Assembly (NCBI RefSeq): GCF_006345805.1
Contig: NC_043019.1
Location: 8,369,360-8,433,359, forward strand
Direction: 5' to 3'
DNA length: 64,000 bases
From: Octopus sinensis
Taxonomy: Eukaryota
Shown here: one piece after another, positions 12,861 through 27,063 of the stretch
Layout of the letters: every line of letters begins with the position of its first letter
Numbering within the stretch: the first letter of the stretch is position 1
Notes under the pieces: model-generated
What the model was told of the DNA's origin: nothing
The model's input: only the letters and a program-made list of their open reading frames with translations
Databases searched by the model: none
Program-made: the position numbers and the translations under genes

Positions 12861-14579
12861 ATATTTCATCAGTTATATTTTGCATTCATTGAGGAATAAT
12901 TTGAATTATTTTCAAACAGTTAAATTAATTTCCAATACTTAGTTTCTTTTTGAATAAATAATTACTTTTGAAACATGGACGTCTGTCTCTCCAACATACC
13001 TTTATGTATAAACCTCCTTACATACATTTCTGCGCTCAATATGCATGGTTGACACCAGCATATGCATGCGTCCATGAATACCTATATATATATATATATA
13101 TAAAAACGTGTGTGTTTATTTGAGCATGGACTACTGTAAAGGTAAATCTATTTGTGTGTGCTTTGTAATCACCTACTGTCAGCCATATTTATATATCTAT
13201 TTTCAAATGCTAGCGACGTTCTTTATATTCTGTATACTTCTATCACATCGTAATATAATTCCCTCTAATTAAATGATATATGTTTTTATTTTCTATTCAT
13301 ATCGTTCATATTTTTGTTATAATCGATTAATCGCAGTCCTATTTTTAACCAGCATCTTTTCGAAATATTTCCATTTTTGAATGTCTCTTTGTTTCCATTT
13401 ACATTTCATCCATATTGTATTTCCATTATTCTTTATTTTTTTATCTTCTCTAAATTTGTATTTTCGTTTATTTTTGACATTCTTTACCGTGTTTTCTCTC
13501 TTTTGTATGTTTTTGTATAAATCTCTCTATTCTTGTCTCCGAGCAGGTACATTCAAACACACACACATACATACCTGTGTATACACTCACATTATATACA
13601 TATGCATGTGCGTGTGTATATATATATTTATTTGTGCTCTATCTGTTTGTGTTTCGAGCGATTCTTGTCAATTGAATGTTTTTTCTTCTTTGATTTTGTT
13701 TTCTTATTTGTTGTTTGTCTTGTTGTTTCTATTTATCCTCCTCCTTCTCTATTTCCATGTCTGAGACACTTTCTCTTTTCCAAAACTCTTAATTGACCCT
13801 AGAGTATAGAATTTGAAATATTATTTTGAAATCATATCAAAAATCACAACAAAATCTTTAAAAATATGAATTATTAAAAAACTAAAATATATAAAACAAT
13901 AATTTATAGAAAAATATGTTTTGTGTGTTTGTTCGTTTTTTGTGTCTCTTTTTTTCAAAAACGGTTCAAGAGATTACAATTTGTATAGGCTATATCAATT
14001 TTCGATAATATTGGACAAACATCTGAATTAAAAGAATGCTTTTGCTTTATTCCAATTCTATTATATTTTTGTCATTTGGCATTGTTCGCATGCCATTTCA
14101 ATGTTTTTCTTTAAGTGTTTTTAGACATTTATTTTTCTGCGATTGTATTTTGTTGATTGGAAATTCTGGTATTTCTGATTCTTTTGTTATGTAATATGTT
14201 AAGGCATTGATAATAATGAGGATAAAAACGATACAGAAAAAAAGACAATATTATTGATATCACTACAAGAACAACAACATCAACAGCAGCAATAACAAGA
14301 ACTACTATTATTATTATTTATTATTATTATTATTATTATTTTAGAGAAAAAGAAATAAAAAATAGAAATTGAAAAATAAGGAGATTTAAAAGAAGACGAT
14401 AATTATGATGATGAAGAGGAAATAGAAGGAAATGCCAGCGTTTTAATATTCTTAATATATGTTTTTTAAGTAACGGAAACTTGAGATTTGCGTGGAGGTC
14501 CAGAATGCATTGTATCTCATTTGTACTTTATTATTGAACTTTAACGAATGAAAGATTATGTTGACCTGGGTGTATATTA

Positions 14580-14720
14580 CACCACACCATACAAAATCCT
14601 TTTTTTGCATTTCTCTATTACTGAATTTGCTTTTTGAATTTCTAATTTTGCCACACTTGTAATTTTGGTCAACTTAGATTCAAATCTCCTTGAAACTAGA
14701 TTCTTGACATTTTGTATATT
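14580..14720 (-). mobile_element. RTE-type LINE RT fragment
   Basis: FESKLTKITSVAKLEIQKANSVIEKCKKRILY resembles YLGSxLxxDxxxxxEIxxRIxKAxSAFGxLxKRVW. Confidence 0.35.
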
Positions 14721-14814
14721 GGGGTAACAAAGCAAAATAAAGAAAAAAAATAGAAAAAGATACAAACACAAAACGGATGTCAGTTATGATCGTAGAAGAC
14801 AGAAGTATAGATTT

Positions 14815-15189
14815 CAAAATTTGGCACTAGGCTAGCAATTTCGAAGAGTGAGGTAGGTCCACTTGATCGACCCCAGTACACAACTAGTATTTATTTAATT
14901 AACCACAAATTGATGAAAATGAAAACCGACCTTTCCGGAATTTTGAACTCAGAAAGTAAATACCTATTTCTTTACTACCCACAAGGGGCTAAACACAGAG
15001 AGGACAAACAAGGACAGACAAACGGATTAAGTCGATTACATCGACACCAGTGTGTAACTGGTACTTATTTAATTGACCCCGAAAGGATGAAAGGCAAAGT
15101 CGACCTCGGCGGAATTTGAACTCACAACGTAACGCAGAAGAAATACCGCTAAGCATATCACTCGGCGTGCTAACGTTTCTGCCAGCTCG
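14815..15189 (-). mobile_element. SINE family 1 with internally duplicated core
   Basis: near full-length reverse copy plus a second, more diverged core at 14815-14955. Confidence 0.9.
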
Positions 15190-15639
15190 TAAATACCGTT
15201 AGGCATTTTGCTTAACGGGCTGAGAATCCGTCTGCTCGCCACCTTCCGAAACATACATATTAAATAGTGCAAGACTAGAGACATTGTTTCGTATTTTGCT
15301 CGATCACTAGCGATTTAGTTGCCCTTTTCAGGGCACCCGTGATATATTCTAAGCAGTTACTCTGCATGAGTTGCCTCTTAAACAGATTGCTCATTTGGTA
15401 CCTGTAAGTGTTTGCGCGTTGGAAAAGAGACAACCAACTATCAGTAACCGTGTCCTTCTCTCTGAGTTACAATTATGTCGAAAGTACGGAACAGAAATTT
15501 TGGATTGTGTTAAACACATTGGAATCCTATATTTTGTTTGCCTGCAAAACGAACAGACATTATATAGGTAGGATATTGATGACATCTGCTTCTTCTATGG
15601 CTGAAACGTAGATAATTGTCGTCTAAAATAAAATTTCAC

Positions 15640-16260
15640 TCATCAACACCATGAAACCGTCGAGAGTCAATGGAAATTTCCTTACGTGTAAGAATCCAAT
15701 TGTCCTGCTGCCCTGGATGCGAAAGCAGCGAAGAATCTGAAAGCAAGACATTTGCTATCATTCGTTTTCCATTGTCACTGACGTTCACCAAGAACCAGGA
15801 AGCTTGGTATAATACCTCTAAAATTAAATCTTTCCAGAAAAAAACATGGCCATTCTGCCACTGCACCTCATCAATCCACTGCAGTGGTTATACCGTGTTA
15901 CCTTCAAAAATGTACATGCATTCCAGAAATTCCGATCTAGGAAATAGCGGACCCATTCCTGCCTTATGATTTGAAGTCATTCAACATATTTCGTCTCTAA
16001 GCGAACTGTAGACCACGTACATTGTCCTTCAATTTTCTGAGTAACATCATGTATACTAAAAAAGATAGCGGAAGACATTTGGCACTGAAGTCATTGAGTT
16101 TAGCATTAAGTTCCCTGGTCTTTGCGAGGTGAAATCCACTAAATGGTCAACGTAGCCTGTTTTTCGAAAATTCTATCTCTTCCTTAGAAATGGCCCAAGA
16201 GATTATTAGAAATGTTATTTGACATTTTAATATCTCATTACAAGTTTTAGGGATGACTTG
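15640..16260 (-). mobile_element. decayed RTE-type LINE RT, C-terminal half
   Basis: ordered remnants ISKEEIE.., LNAKLNDFSAKCLPLSFLVY (cf. TKLKVYxAxVLxxLLYG) and QWQNGHV (cf. LRWAGHV). Confidence 0.45.
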
Positions 16261-16589
16261 CGCAAATCTTTCCTGACCTTTACGTTTTCGATTTTTATTG
16301 ATTTACTTTATTTATTAATTGTGTATTCCATCATCTCCTAATTGTCTTTGTTTATGACTGAATTTTACGCTATTTTTGTTCTGTTTCCTTTTTGATACTG
16401 CAGCTTCTTTTCGCAGTATTTTTTTACCTTGTGTATTTTACTAGCATCATCGGTGTTGTTGTAGTCAATATTGCTACTTTGGTGGTTGTCTTGGTAGTGG
16501 TAGTTTTGGATTTTCCTGCTTTCATTCTTCTTGATGTTGTTTGGATGCTTGTGTAGCTGGGTAACAAGTGATTTCGTTTTTCTTATATA

Positions 16590-16680
16590 AATATCATTCA
16601 ATATGTGACCGCGTGTGTATCGTTGGCGATTTCTTTTTCCGTCTTCCCTTCGTTGGACCTTTCCTATTTCTATGTTTCTT
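16590..16680 (+). mobile_element. PLE family B pLTR fragment, truncated just before the HHR core
   Basis: GCGTGTGTATCGTTGGCGATTT..GTCTTCCCTTC matches 21229-21290. Confidence 0.7.
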
Positions 16681-16814
16681 GTCATTAATGCTGTTGCCGC
16701 TGTTATTGGTGCTGTAGACGGTTTTGTGGTTACCATTAATGAGGTTCATGTTGACGCTTAGTGAGACACATAAGGGTATTTCTTTCGAGACACCGCGCAA
16801 AGTTTATATTCTTT

Positions 16815-16990
16815 TCTACTCAAGGCCCGACATTTTTTGAGAAGGAACTTGTCGATTAGATTGACCCCAGTACACAACTGGTACTAATCTTGTCAATCAC
16901 GAAAGTATGAAAAATAAATTCGACCTCGGTGGAATTTGAACGCAGAACGTAAACAGAGACGAAATACCTATTTCTTTACTACCCCAGGAA
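16815..16990 (-). mobile_element. SINE family 1 fragment
   Basis: reverse core motifs; ATACCTATTTCTTTACTACCC shared with 14960-14982. Confidence 0.8.
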
Positions 16991-18099
16991 ATAAGAACAA
17001 GAACGAAAAAAGGATTCACATGATGATGACGACAACGAAGATGATTTTGATGAACAAAAACGATGACAAAATGAATGAAAAGAAGAGAATAGAGAAAGAA
17101 AGAAAAATGATGGCATCAAACACAACGAAGAGTACAACAACAAGCAATGGAAGAACAATACAACAAGAAGCAGAACAAAATCTCAAGAAAGTAATAACAT
17201 CGCTACCACCGAGCTCTAAGCAATAAACGACTGTAAAAAAAAAAACAAGAACAACCTTCTAGAATCTTCCTACTTTGAACTTTCAATAATGTCATTTTTG
17301 TATTTGTTTTTAAATATCATTTTCACCACAGAATATCCGGCACCATATTCCAGAAAGAATGAAATGGAAAAATAGATTACTCGCATTATACGTAATTCTT
17401 TTTTCTTCTTCTTCTCATTCTCATTATTTATGATGCAAGTATTACTATTATTGATGTTGTTGCAGTCGATGTTAACATTATTATTATTATTATTATCGTT
17501 TTCTTATTCACCTTGTTATTATTAGAGTCGTTATCATCATCATCATCATCATCAACTACAGCAACATCATTAACCTCCTAACATTTGCGTGTTTCCAATG
17601 CAAAATTGAGCGCTGCTCTGAGCATATTACAATGTATAAAGTGTCGTGCTTTTGATGTTTTGCATTTTCCATTCCTTCATTAAAAACGAATTCTTCGTAA
17701 TCAGTGTTCTCTTCATGGTAGATCTACTTTCTCTATGTCGTGTGCACACTCGACAGTTTTCTCTCTATATTAAATAGTATACGATTCACTCATTACCAAG
17801 ACATATATTATTATAGCGAATATGTTCGGTTCCATTTCTCCATTTCTAGATCTTCTTTTATTACAGTTTTCCTTTTTTTTCATTAATATTCGGCGGTTCT
17901 GAAATTCCGACCACGAGTAATTACTGTTTCCGATCATCGGTCTGAAATGCCGAGCAGCACATACTCAACTGCGATGATGTAACTTATAGTTTTGTTCTAA
18001 TAACTGTATAGTCTCTGCAAATTGTTCACTACATGCTTAGAGCAAACATATTCCAGAGAGCAGTCGGGTACTCTATGCGATTACCCGATCAGGGGAGTC

Positions 18100-19195
18100 A
18101 TGGCGTTCTTACTGCAATACGTGTGCAATAAAGTGAGAAAAGAGGAGTTGGAATGTGGTAATCTGTATAGAAATCTCAACTTATTCATACGTGATTAATA
18201 CAGGCAAATATTGGAGAACATGAAAGAAACGGCAGTTACAGGATTGTCAGAGTCTACACTCTTTCACCTCCGTTCAATTGAATCCGGTCAACATCCGAAC
18301 TCGAATTACATCGAACGTTAACGAAGAATGTATACATAGCTTTTGTTTCATTTGAAGATAATTATGTCTGTATAAGTGTACGCCTGATTCTATCTATCCA
18401 ACTGTCTGAGTGGCGTTCACTCATATAATAATATATATGAAAATAATATATATATATATAGGCATATATAAATATATATAGGCATATATACATACATAAA
18501 TGTACAAACATACACACACACAAATATGTATATATGTATACAAGACGTCACAAAACGCTGACGCCACGCATCCATTTCCAAGCAAGTTTATCTTAATAAC
18601 GTTGATGCAATTCTCCTCTATACTATTCTCTCTCCCATTTCGTTTTTCTTTTCTTTGTTTCTTCCTTTCCCTAAGTTTTTCTCCTCTCCTCTCCCTTTCG
18701 TTTTTTTCTTCTCTTCCTTGCCCGAATTCTTCTTTTCTCCCCCTCACTGTTTGCTGTCTGTATCTCTCTCTCTCTCCCTCCTCTTCCTTTACTCTCTCAT
18801 TGCTCACACGCGACCATCGTACATCATTTTTTTTCACACGTGCTCATCCTTTTTTTCTTCGGGATTGTTGTGCTGTCTCCTCTCCTATCTTTTCTCCTTT
18901 CAAAGAATGTTCCTCAGCGTTCTCCACCTTAATCTGCCTCGCTTAGCAGCCCTCACTATCTGTTTCAATGTCCTGTTTTTGCTACCAACTTTGGCCCTCG
19001 ATAAAATCCCAAATTTTATTTTGGTTTGCAGGAGCATATTGTCGGGAATTGCTCGAAATGTGGAGCAGGTAAACATCTGACAACTGATGAAGGGTCGCTC
19101 TTTATGTTACTTGTCTTGTTTTCCATTTGCTTGTCTCGTGGTTCGCAAAAACGTTTTCTATGTATTTCATGTTGTTTACGATTTGTGACACCCTC
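18100..19195 (+). mobile_element. probable PLE (family C): decayed GIY-YIG-like segment plus a pyrimidine-rich terminal repeat
   Basis: ECGNLY..IGEHERN remnants; 18800-19050 is homologous to 50100-50390; isolated CTGATGAAGGG at 19084; ends on (TA)n. Confidence 0.4.
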
Positions 19196-19233
<38 letters not shown>

Positions 19234-20439
19234 TGTATATATATAAATAGATAGATGTGTCTGTGTCAGTATGTACATATATGTATGTATATATGCACAC
19301 ACACACATACATATAACAAGAGGCATAACTTCGTGGTTTTCGCTTCTCCGAAGTCACTCCATCAAGCATTCTTGCATGTGAGCGCGCGTATGCATGTATG
19401 GATATATATGTAAGAGTATATATGCATATATATTTATGTATATATATATACACGCATCACATGCAGTAAATGCAGGTTCTAAAAGATGCATCAAGTTTAT
19501 TACCTCACTTACTTCCGGACAACTTTTAATTAAATATTCCTTTTCGTTTGTTTAGCTTTGTATTATCTTTTCTTTTATTTCTTAAATAAGCTACATCTAC
19601 ATTCATAATTTTTTCGGTCAGGATGTGTTGGAAATGTCGAGTACTTTTGAGAGACATTTCTGCAACTCTAAAGACCTTCACTGAATTTTAAACCCTGGCT
19701 GAACGGTACATAGTCAATTGCGATGATGCCGGTAATAATTGTGGTTTAATAACAGTATGTCGTATGATTTCTGCAAATTGTTCTGTCTTTCTTATGTAAC
19801 AATTCGATAAACTTCAGTAGCTAATATCTTTCTGTTGTGCCCGTAAATTAGGAATCTAATAACAATATTCCGTGGATCTTCCATCTGCAATAATGACAAC
19901 CGACTTCATGTTTTGTATAATCTAACCGCTAATCTGCTGTCTCCTGTTTTCATACCCTAATATTTTGTCATTGTAGGCAAACATATCAGATCTTGTCTAA
20001 GGATAACACCTACGACGAGATAAGCACTTTCAACTTAATAGAATCCCTGCCAAAATGAATTCAAAGACATATTCTTCCAAAATATTAGTTTAAGCTAAAG
20101 GATTTTAACAATAGTATTCGGTACAATTCAGTTGCTGTTATGGGGTGGAATTCTTGAATACACAATCACATGTACGTCTGTATTAATATATATTCCGTAT
20201 AATCATTATATAAATTAATATATAATGGTCAGGTTGTTCAAGTTATAAAAGCCTCGCCTAACATATGTCGTTACTTATGTTTCTCTGGAAGATATTTAAG
20301 GAATGTTTTAAAAATTGCATGGAATATTGGGTTCCTGGTTTCCACACAAGTGATTAACAAATTGCATTATTTAGAGCCCGAATTAGCTTGGGTCTAATGC
20401 CAATGGTTAGCATTTGAAGTACTGAATGTTAAGAAAGGC

Positions 20440-21426
20440 TTTAAGGAATTTAGAGGAGGTGACAGGGTGACAACGTCCCATAGGAAACGTTGTGTCCCAC
20501 TGTTACCTTGACAATGTGGAGCCACTGTACGTGCCGAGACGTACAATGATGAGTGGTGTCCTGGCCTGTAATGTTGAAGAGTATGTCAACAGGTGGGCAA
20601 GACACATGTAGCAGAACGTAAGCGAGACGATAAGTAAGACGTCCTGCAGTTTGCCCAATGTAAAGTGCGTCACCGCATGCATATCAAGTAGTATGTATGG
20701 TTACGTGATACGAAACAAACATTCTGAAAAATATGACACTGAGCCACTTTAGCATCGATGCGTCCACCCTTTCAATTAAAGATAAAACTCATCCACCCCT
20801 TTTGTGTTTTATTTTCCTGTCACAGAAGCGCTCCTATCTTACGCGCAATAACTCTCTTTCCCTGTACAGTGATAAGAACATCGACAATGTCTTCATAAGA
20901 TTATCAACAGCGCCAAGCATCACACAGCCAGGAACTTTTTATAGTTCTCGCCGATGATGTAACACTTACCGTTACATTAACAATGCTACAAATATCATTG
21001 GACCTAACTGTTTCTCTTTCTTGCTCACAAATGAGGCTGACGTAGCTCTACGTCTCGCATCGGTTGCAGATAATTAATTTTCAGAACTTATGGAATATAA
21101 AATTTATCTGTCTCGCATTAATTTTTGTCCTTCATTGTACTCTGAACATTGACAGTGTCCGACACTCCACCTCTCATTTTTATTCAATTTTACTATTTAT
21201 ATATATATATGTCATTCAAAATGTAACTGCGTGTGTATCGTTGTCGATTTTTTTTCCTGTGTCTTCCCTTCCTTGGATCTTTCCTTTTTCTGTGTTTCTG
21301 ACGAAGAGATCCGCTCGAAACGTTAAATCCTCCTTCTTTCTTTCCTTTCCTGAGCGTCCAATAACACTATACTTGTTCCACGTCCTCGCGTTGTTCTGTT
21401 TTCTCTTTGTGTTTTCAAGTTTGGAG

Positions 21427-21430
<4 letters not shown>
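20440..21430 (+). mobile_element. Penelope-like element (family B): inverted GIY-YIG piece (20440-20690, -), forward GIY-YIG remnant (20800-21200, +) and pLTR with HHR
   Basis: minus ACGDALYIGQTAGRLTYRLA..PPVDILFN..YGTLSP; plus KNIDNVFIRLS..QPGTF..RR*CNTYRYINNATNIIGP. Confidence 0.7.
21292..21330 (+). ncRNA. minimal type I hammerhead ribozyme with intact core (dimer type)
   Basis: GUGUUU-CUGACGA-A-GAG[AUCCG]CUC-GAAA-CGU-U^AAAUCC; palindromic ACGU stem III, GUU triplet. Confidence 0.75.
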
Positions 21431-21468
<38 letters not shown>

Positions 21469-21536
21469 GAGACAGAAGGAAAGATATAGATAGATACTAT
21501 ATATACGTAGATATCTACCTAGCTATCTCTCTATAA

Positions 21537-21570
<34 letters not shown>

Positions 21571-22658
21571 TTAGATATGTATATATTAATATATATGTAT
21601 GTAGCAAAATGTATTTACACTCTTGTGTATGTGTACCTTGGAATATATTACTATGCATACATCTTAGTGCCTGTGCATACGTGCGCCCGCGATTGTGCGT
21701 ATGCCTGCGCAACAGAGTTTCTATTTGTGAATGAACGAGTATATATATGAATAGGTGACGCGTGTGATTTCGTCGTTGTAAATTCGCTTCTTTGATAGAT
21801 ACCTTTGGATGTGATTCCTATAAATGAACACCTGAAATCCCAGTGAACCTTGTTTCTTAGAACTAATTGTGAGTTTGGAAACTTCAAATAATATACCCCA
21901 AAGACATCATCGTTGCTACACTTGTCATTCTTTATGACATCTAAGGACATAGATAGGTGTGTATTCAAACATCAAATCTGTTGCACACAAACAACGCAAT
22001 TTCCCATGTATACACACACACACACACATATATATATATACATATATATCTGGTATGTGCGTGTTTATAGTTCTTTGTGTGTGTGTATGCATCACCATAT
22101 GCATAGATGTAAATTCGTATGTGCATATATATATATGCATATGTATAATATATGCATACATATACATCAGACACATATATAACTGTGCACACATATACAT
22201 ATATGAATATATATAGATATATGTATATGTGTGAAAATATATATTTATACATGTATATATATATGTGTGTGTGTATGTGGTTATACATGTGCATATGGGT
22301 GTGTGGCTGTGTGCATTTGTATATATGCACACATGTACATACACATAGAGAAATACACTTCCTCACCCTTACTTATTACATTATACATATATGCTATGCG
22401 TACAACATAACACACATTGTATATGACATATACATTAAGTGCTAGTCATATATAGCCGTGAACTTCTACACAATGTATAACTATGCAATAAAAGCTGAGA
22501 TTTCTACAATACCAAGAAATTCGTGTTATTATTCTGTGTTTCCAGCATGCTAGCATTTGGAATTATATGCCCTAGCTCATGCAATTAAACGTGTGATTGC
22601 AGATTCTCGCATTCACGTTCATCACCAAACACACATCTCTATCAAATCTTCCTCTCTT

Positions 22659-22699
<41 letters not shown>

Positions 22700-23158
22700 G
22701 GTTGCACTTTGTATAAACAATATGCACACAGATTTTTATATACCTAAAAGCTATGTACGCACTTCGATACACATGGTCGTCTAAATCTATATGCACATGT
22801 ATACATACGCACCTACAATATCTACAAATACAGGTTTGAATCGTGATTTCGCTCAAAGGATTATAGCTCGATATATTAAAGCCATGTTTAACGTTGGTGG
22901 ATCATATTTTTGTATTATAATGGATTACATAATTTAGAAAATACTGCTGAAATTATAATTGAGGCTATCCAAGATACTGCCATGATAGAAATGTCAGTCA
23001 AATCCTGACTTCCAAACCACATCAAGTACTCATACTGCCCAAGGTGAAATAACAAATTGGCAAAGTTTCTAGATAATGCCAGACCCAAGGTTTGTGGCTG
23101 TGTATAAAAAATATACGCCGCCTCCTCAGTTAGATAAACCAAGATCTAGTATATAAAT

Positions 23159-23214
<56 letters not shown>

Positions 23215-24509
23215 CATACAAATACTTACATATACACACACGTATATATATGTACGTAAATACGGGACAGTTCAATTGTCCGTCTAAACACCACGTTCTA
23301 TATGGATAAAATACAACCGCAGTGAATATTGTGACGAAGTAAATATCTGTAAATGTTTATATAAATAAGGATAAGACCATTATTTAAAATATCGATCATA
23401 CGAAGTGGCCAGCATGGGAAGAAAAACATTGTAGGTAATAATTATTAATAAAATTGTAATTGATACTATCATGCTAGAAATAGCAGCCGATTTGGTTCGG
23501 TCTGTCTTTTGCTATGTGTGTAGCCTTTGTGGTCTAAGTGCCGTGTGATTTCTATGTATTGATAACACTTTCACCTCTACGCTATTAACTGAGCCTCTTT
23601 GTTCTGCTTGAGCACTGACCAGCGTTGCTCTTCTTTGAGCTCTCAACAGAAAACACGAATGGAACAATAACACCCAGCATCACACAACAGGTCAGAACGA
23701 CTGAAGAAAGAAGGGGGAAAAACAGACACAAAATGTGTAACACACACAATGCACAAATATACACTTACATACAAATATGCACACACATACACACAGAGAG
23801 ACAAGAAGTGACAGCAAGATCAACACACCCATACAACCTTTCTATATTTATATATAAGTTCAGCAGAATGTAGATTCAGATGAATATGGTACTTAAGTTA
23901 AAGGCACCAGAATTTTGTATATTATTATCCGTATAAATCAAATGGGGCGATTATAAATAATCAAAATAAGCAACAAGTATATCCAACATAGTTGTACAAT
24001 TGTTTCATGTTACCATATATATATATATATTATACAGAGACAGAGATAGCTACGCACATAAACACATGCATACGCGCATACAGACACGTACTCATATTGT
24101 AAAAGGTATTGGCACTTCCATGTCATACATTGAACGACGTTGCAGGAAATCATGTTTCTTCAATAGTTATCAGATTTGATCTGCTAATATAATCGCGTAT
24201 CCTGAGAGAATTTCGACATTATAATTTCCACGTTTCATAATCATAAAGTCGCATTTCTTTTGTTTATGTTTCGCCTTTGTCTTTATCAAATTGTTTCACT
24301 CAAACGCTCTTCTCCGTTTATTCTTTCAGAAATATTACACATTGTTCTAAGTCCTTGCTTGTCGCTTCACTGTACAGGTTTTTTTTTTCCTTTAATTCAG
24401 ATGTTCATCAATCACGTTTGTGCATTTCTAATACACAATTATTTATATTATATGATATATATATTATATGATATATATAAAACCAAGTAGACAGATTGAT
24501 AGATATCCA

Positions 24510-24560
<51 letters not shown>

Positions 24561-25620
24561 GTATATAAATATATTCATATATATACATTTAGATGTATAT
24601 ATATATAAATACACACACACACACCTATATATAAGCATACGTATATCAGACATTTTCAGAGATAAATGGGTGGTGGGGGGAAGAATGGTAGTGGGCCAGA
24701 AATGGTGTTTTCCCTCATATATCCTTATAATCGAGTTTTTCGATTTATCATTTTTATTTATTTTTTCCATTTTCATTTTTGATTCTTTTGATTCTTGCCA
24801 TCTTTTGTTTTTATTCCTAATTCTTCATCATGCCATTTATTGTTTTCGAATTTTTTTCCCTCCATTTTTCTCTTTTGTTTTCTTTCGTATTAAATATTTA
24901 TTTTTTTTACGTTGTTATTGCTTTTTATCGCTAATTTACGCTTTTTCCCCCTTCATTTTGTGTCTTTTATTCTGTTATTTTAATTTTGTTTTTATTATTT
25001 TTGCTTTATGCATTTTTATTGGATGATTTCTAGAAATGTCCCCCTAGACAGTTGAATCTTTAAACAAAAAAACTTCCAATATTAAACGTGCTGGCAATGA
25101 ATGCCAATCTGTTCCCACTTTACGACAATATTGGTCGACTATAAACTAGAATAAAGGTGTGTTGTGTATTTTCTCTTTCTTTTGTAGGCTTCTGTCTTGA
25201 ATTTTTTCGTGTTTTCTTACAATTTTCTTTTTCCAGTTATTTATTATTGCGCAGATTTTCCATTTTTATTCATAAAGAATCTAATTATCTGTTTAGGAAT
25301 TGCGTTTCTTTTATATATTTTAAGAATTTTTTTTTGTACCTTTTCAGTTGTTTTACTACATCGTCTTCCAATCTGTCTATCTGATTGTCTCTGCCGTGTT
25401 AATATCAAATTCACAATCTTCTCATTCAATGTAATGATTTGTTTGTGTTCCTTTCTATGCATATCCATCTTATATATCAATCCATCAATGAATAATATAT
25501 CTTTCACATTCTCTCCCTCTCTCTTCCTCTGTACATATATATCTGTGTGTTTGTGTATTTGAGATAAGTATCTACATAAATATACACACAAAAACAGACA
25601 TGCACACATATATATATATA

Positions 25621-25761
25621 GAGAGAGCTTCCTGAAGATTTCTCTTGAATGAAACAGTTCTAGTCCTGTAGAAGCTCCTTCTATATAATAAATTAATTTT
25701 ACTCTGCTATGTATTGAGTACCTTATTTACTGTGGTTAACCCCGAATCAACCCGGGACCTA
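25621..25761 (+). mobile_element. solo HHR-bearing pLTR/retrozyme-like unit (family D) between two (TA)n tracts
   Basis: HHR at the 5' end, ~85-nt tail, (TA)n on both sides; the PLE link is inferred. Confidence 0.6.
25625..25677 (+). ncRNA. type I hammerhead ribozyme with non-canonical U10.1.U11.1
   Basis: stem I GAGCUUC/GAAGCUC (7 bp), CUGAAGA, stem II U-UUC[UCUU]GAA-U, GAAA, stem III ACAG/CUGU, GUA triplet. Confidence 0.8.
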
Positions 25762-26412
25762 CATATATATATATATATATATATATATGACAAAACTCAT
25801 GTTTAAGTTTGCATTTTTAATAACGGATTGTATAAAAATACATTTAAACTTGACTGAAATACAGAATAACGCCTCGGGCAGTAGTTCGTATATAGCTACG
25901 AAAGAGACACCGCAATTGTCTTAAGAAGACCAGCAATCTGAAGCCCGGACTAAAAGCAGCAAGGAAAAGCCTACCTGCAAACTGATGTGTCCCCAAAGGG
26001 AGCTTTTAAGTAACAAAAGCGGACACTATACAATGATGTGGCTTCTGTATTGTTGAAATATAAATCAGGTCTCACGAATAAAAGAAATGTAATATAAAAC
26101 ATCAGAATATATTTTCTGGTTTAACTGCACGAAAAATAAATTTCTGAACAAAACACAATTATCGAGTAAGATTAACGAAAAGCTAACATCGAAAATTCAA
26201 AACATCGTAAAGAATTATGGCATTCGCAAGAGAAAACCGAAGCCAACACTCCGTCAACCCGTAACAAATTCGACCATGTTTAGTATCTGAGGAGTGCGCA
26301 TGAGGACAATTACTTCACATTGTATGTATAGATAACTATATATATATATATATAGTGAGTTGACGTGTGTTTTTGTCGTATATGCACGCATATGCATAAA
26401 TGTGTATGAAGG

Positions 26413-26450
<38 letters not shown>

Positions 26451-27063
26451 ACATACATAGAGATGTACACACATATATGTTATGCATTAAAAATAAAAAA
26501 ATAAACATCCTTTTCAAAAAGAACAAAAGATAAGAATTTCTTCGAGTGGTCTTCTTTGTTTGTGTTGCTTTATGACACAATGTCGCTTAACCCGGTGTCC
26601 CGGATGAATATTTCTCAAAAGACTTTGAAAACCTTCATTTATTTGAATATCCAACTTTGAATATCTTGAGTTTTCCTGGCAGAGCTGAGAACATATCTCG
26701 CTCCTTAAAACTTGAGGTGTCACAGTAATGGCTCCTTAATCTAGGCCGAGTAAGGGGTATCACTACTGAAATGCTTATTTCAATAATTAGCAGAAATGCA
26801 TCTTTCAGTCGCGAGTTGAAATACATATTTTAAGTTTTAATGACGGTGCAAACGAGTAAAGCAGTGAAACATTTTAACTGGATCTTCTAAGAACTGAATT
26901 ACCGATCAATGAACCATTTTATGCTAAGGTTTTCAATTAAAGGCTAACATTAATCTTCATTACAATGGCATTAGGTATAAAAAAACTGAGCAAACGATAG
27001 ATAGTGTCTGTATAATGTAAATACGTGCATATATAGATACACACACACAAACGCATTATCATC

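Noticed and set aside
15575-15615. TTGATGA...GAAACGTA hammerhead-like spacing
   Set aside because: C3 missing, and no stem I or stem II pairing.
19078-19110. CTGATGAAGGG in the family C repeat
   Set aside because: No matching stem II or GAAA downstream, so it is not callable as a ribozyme.
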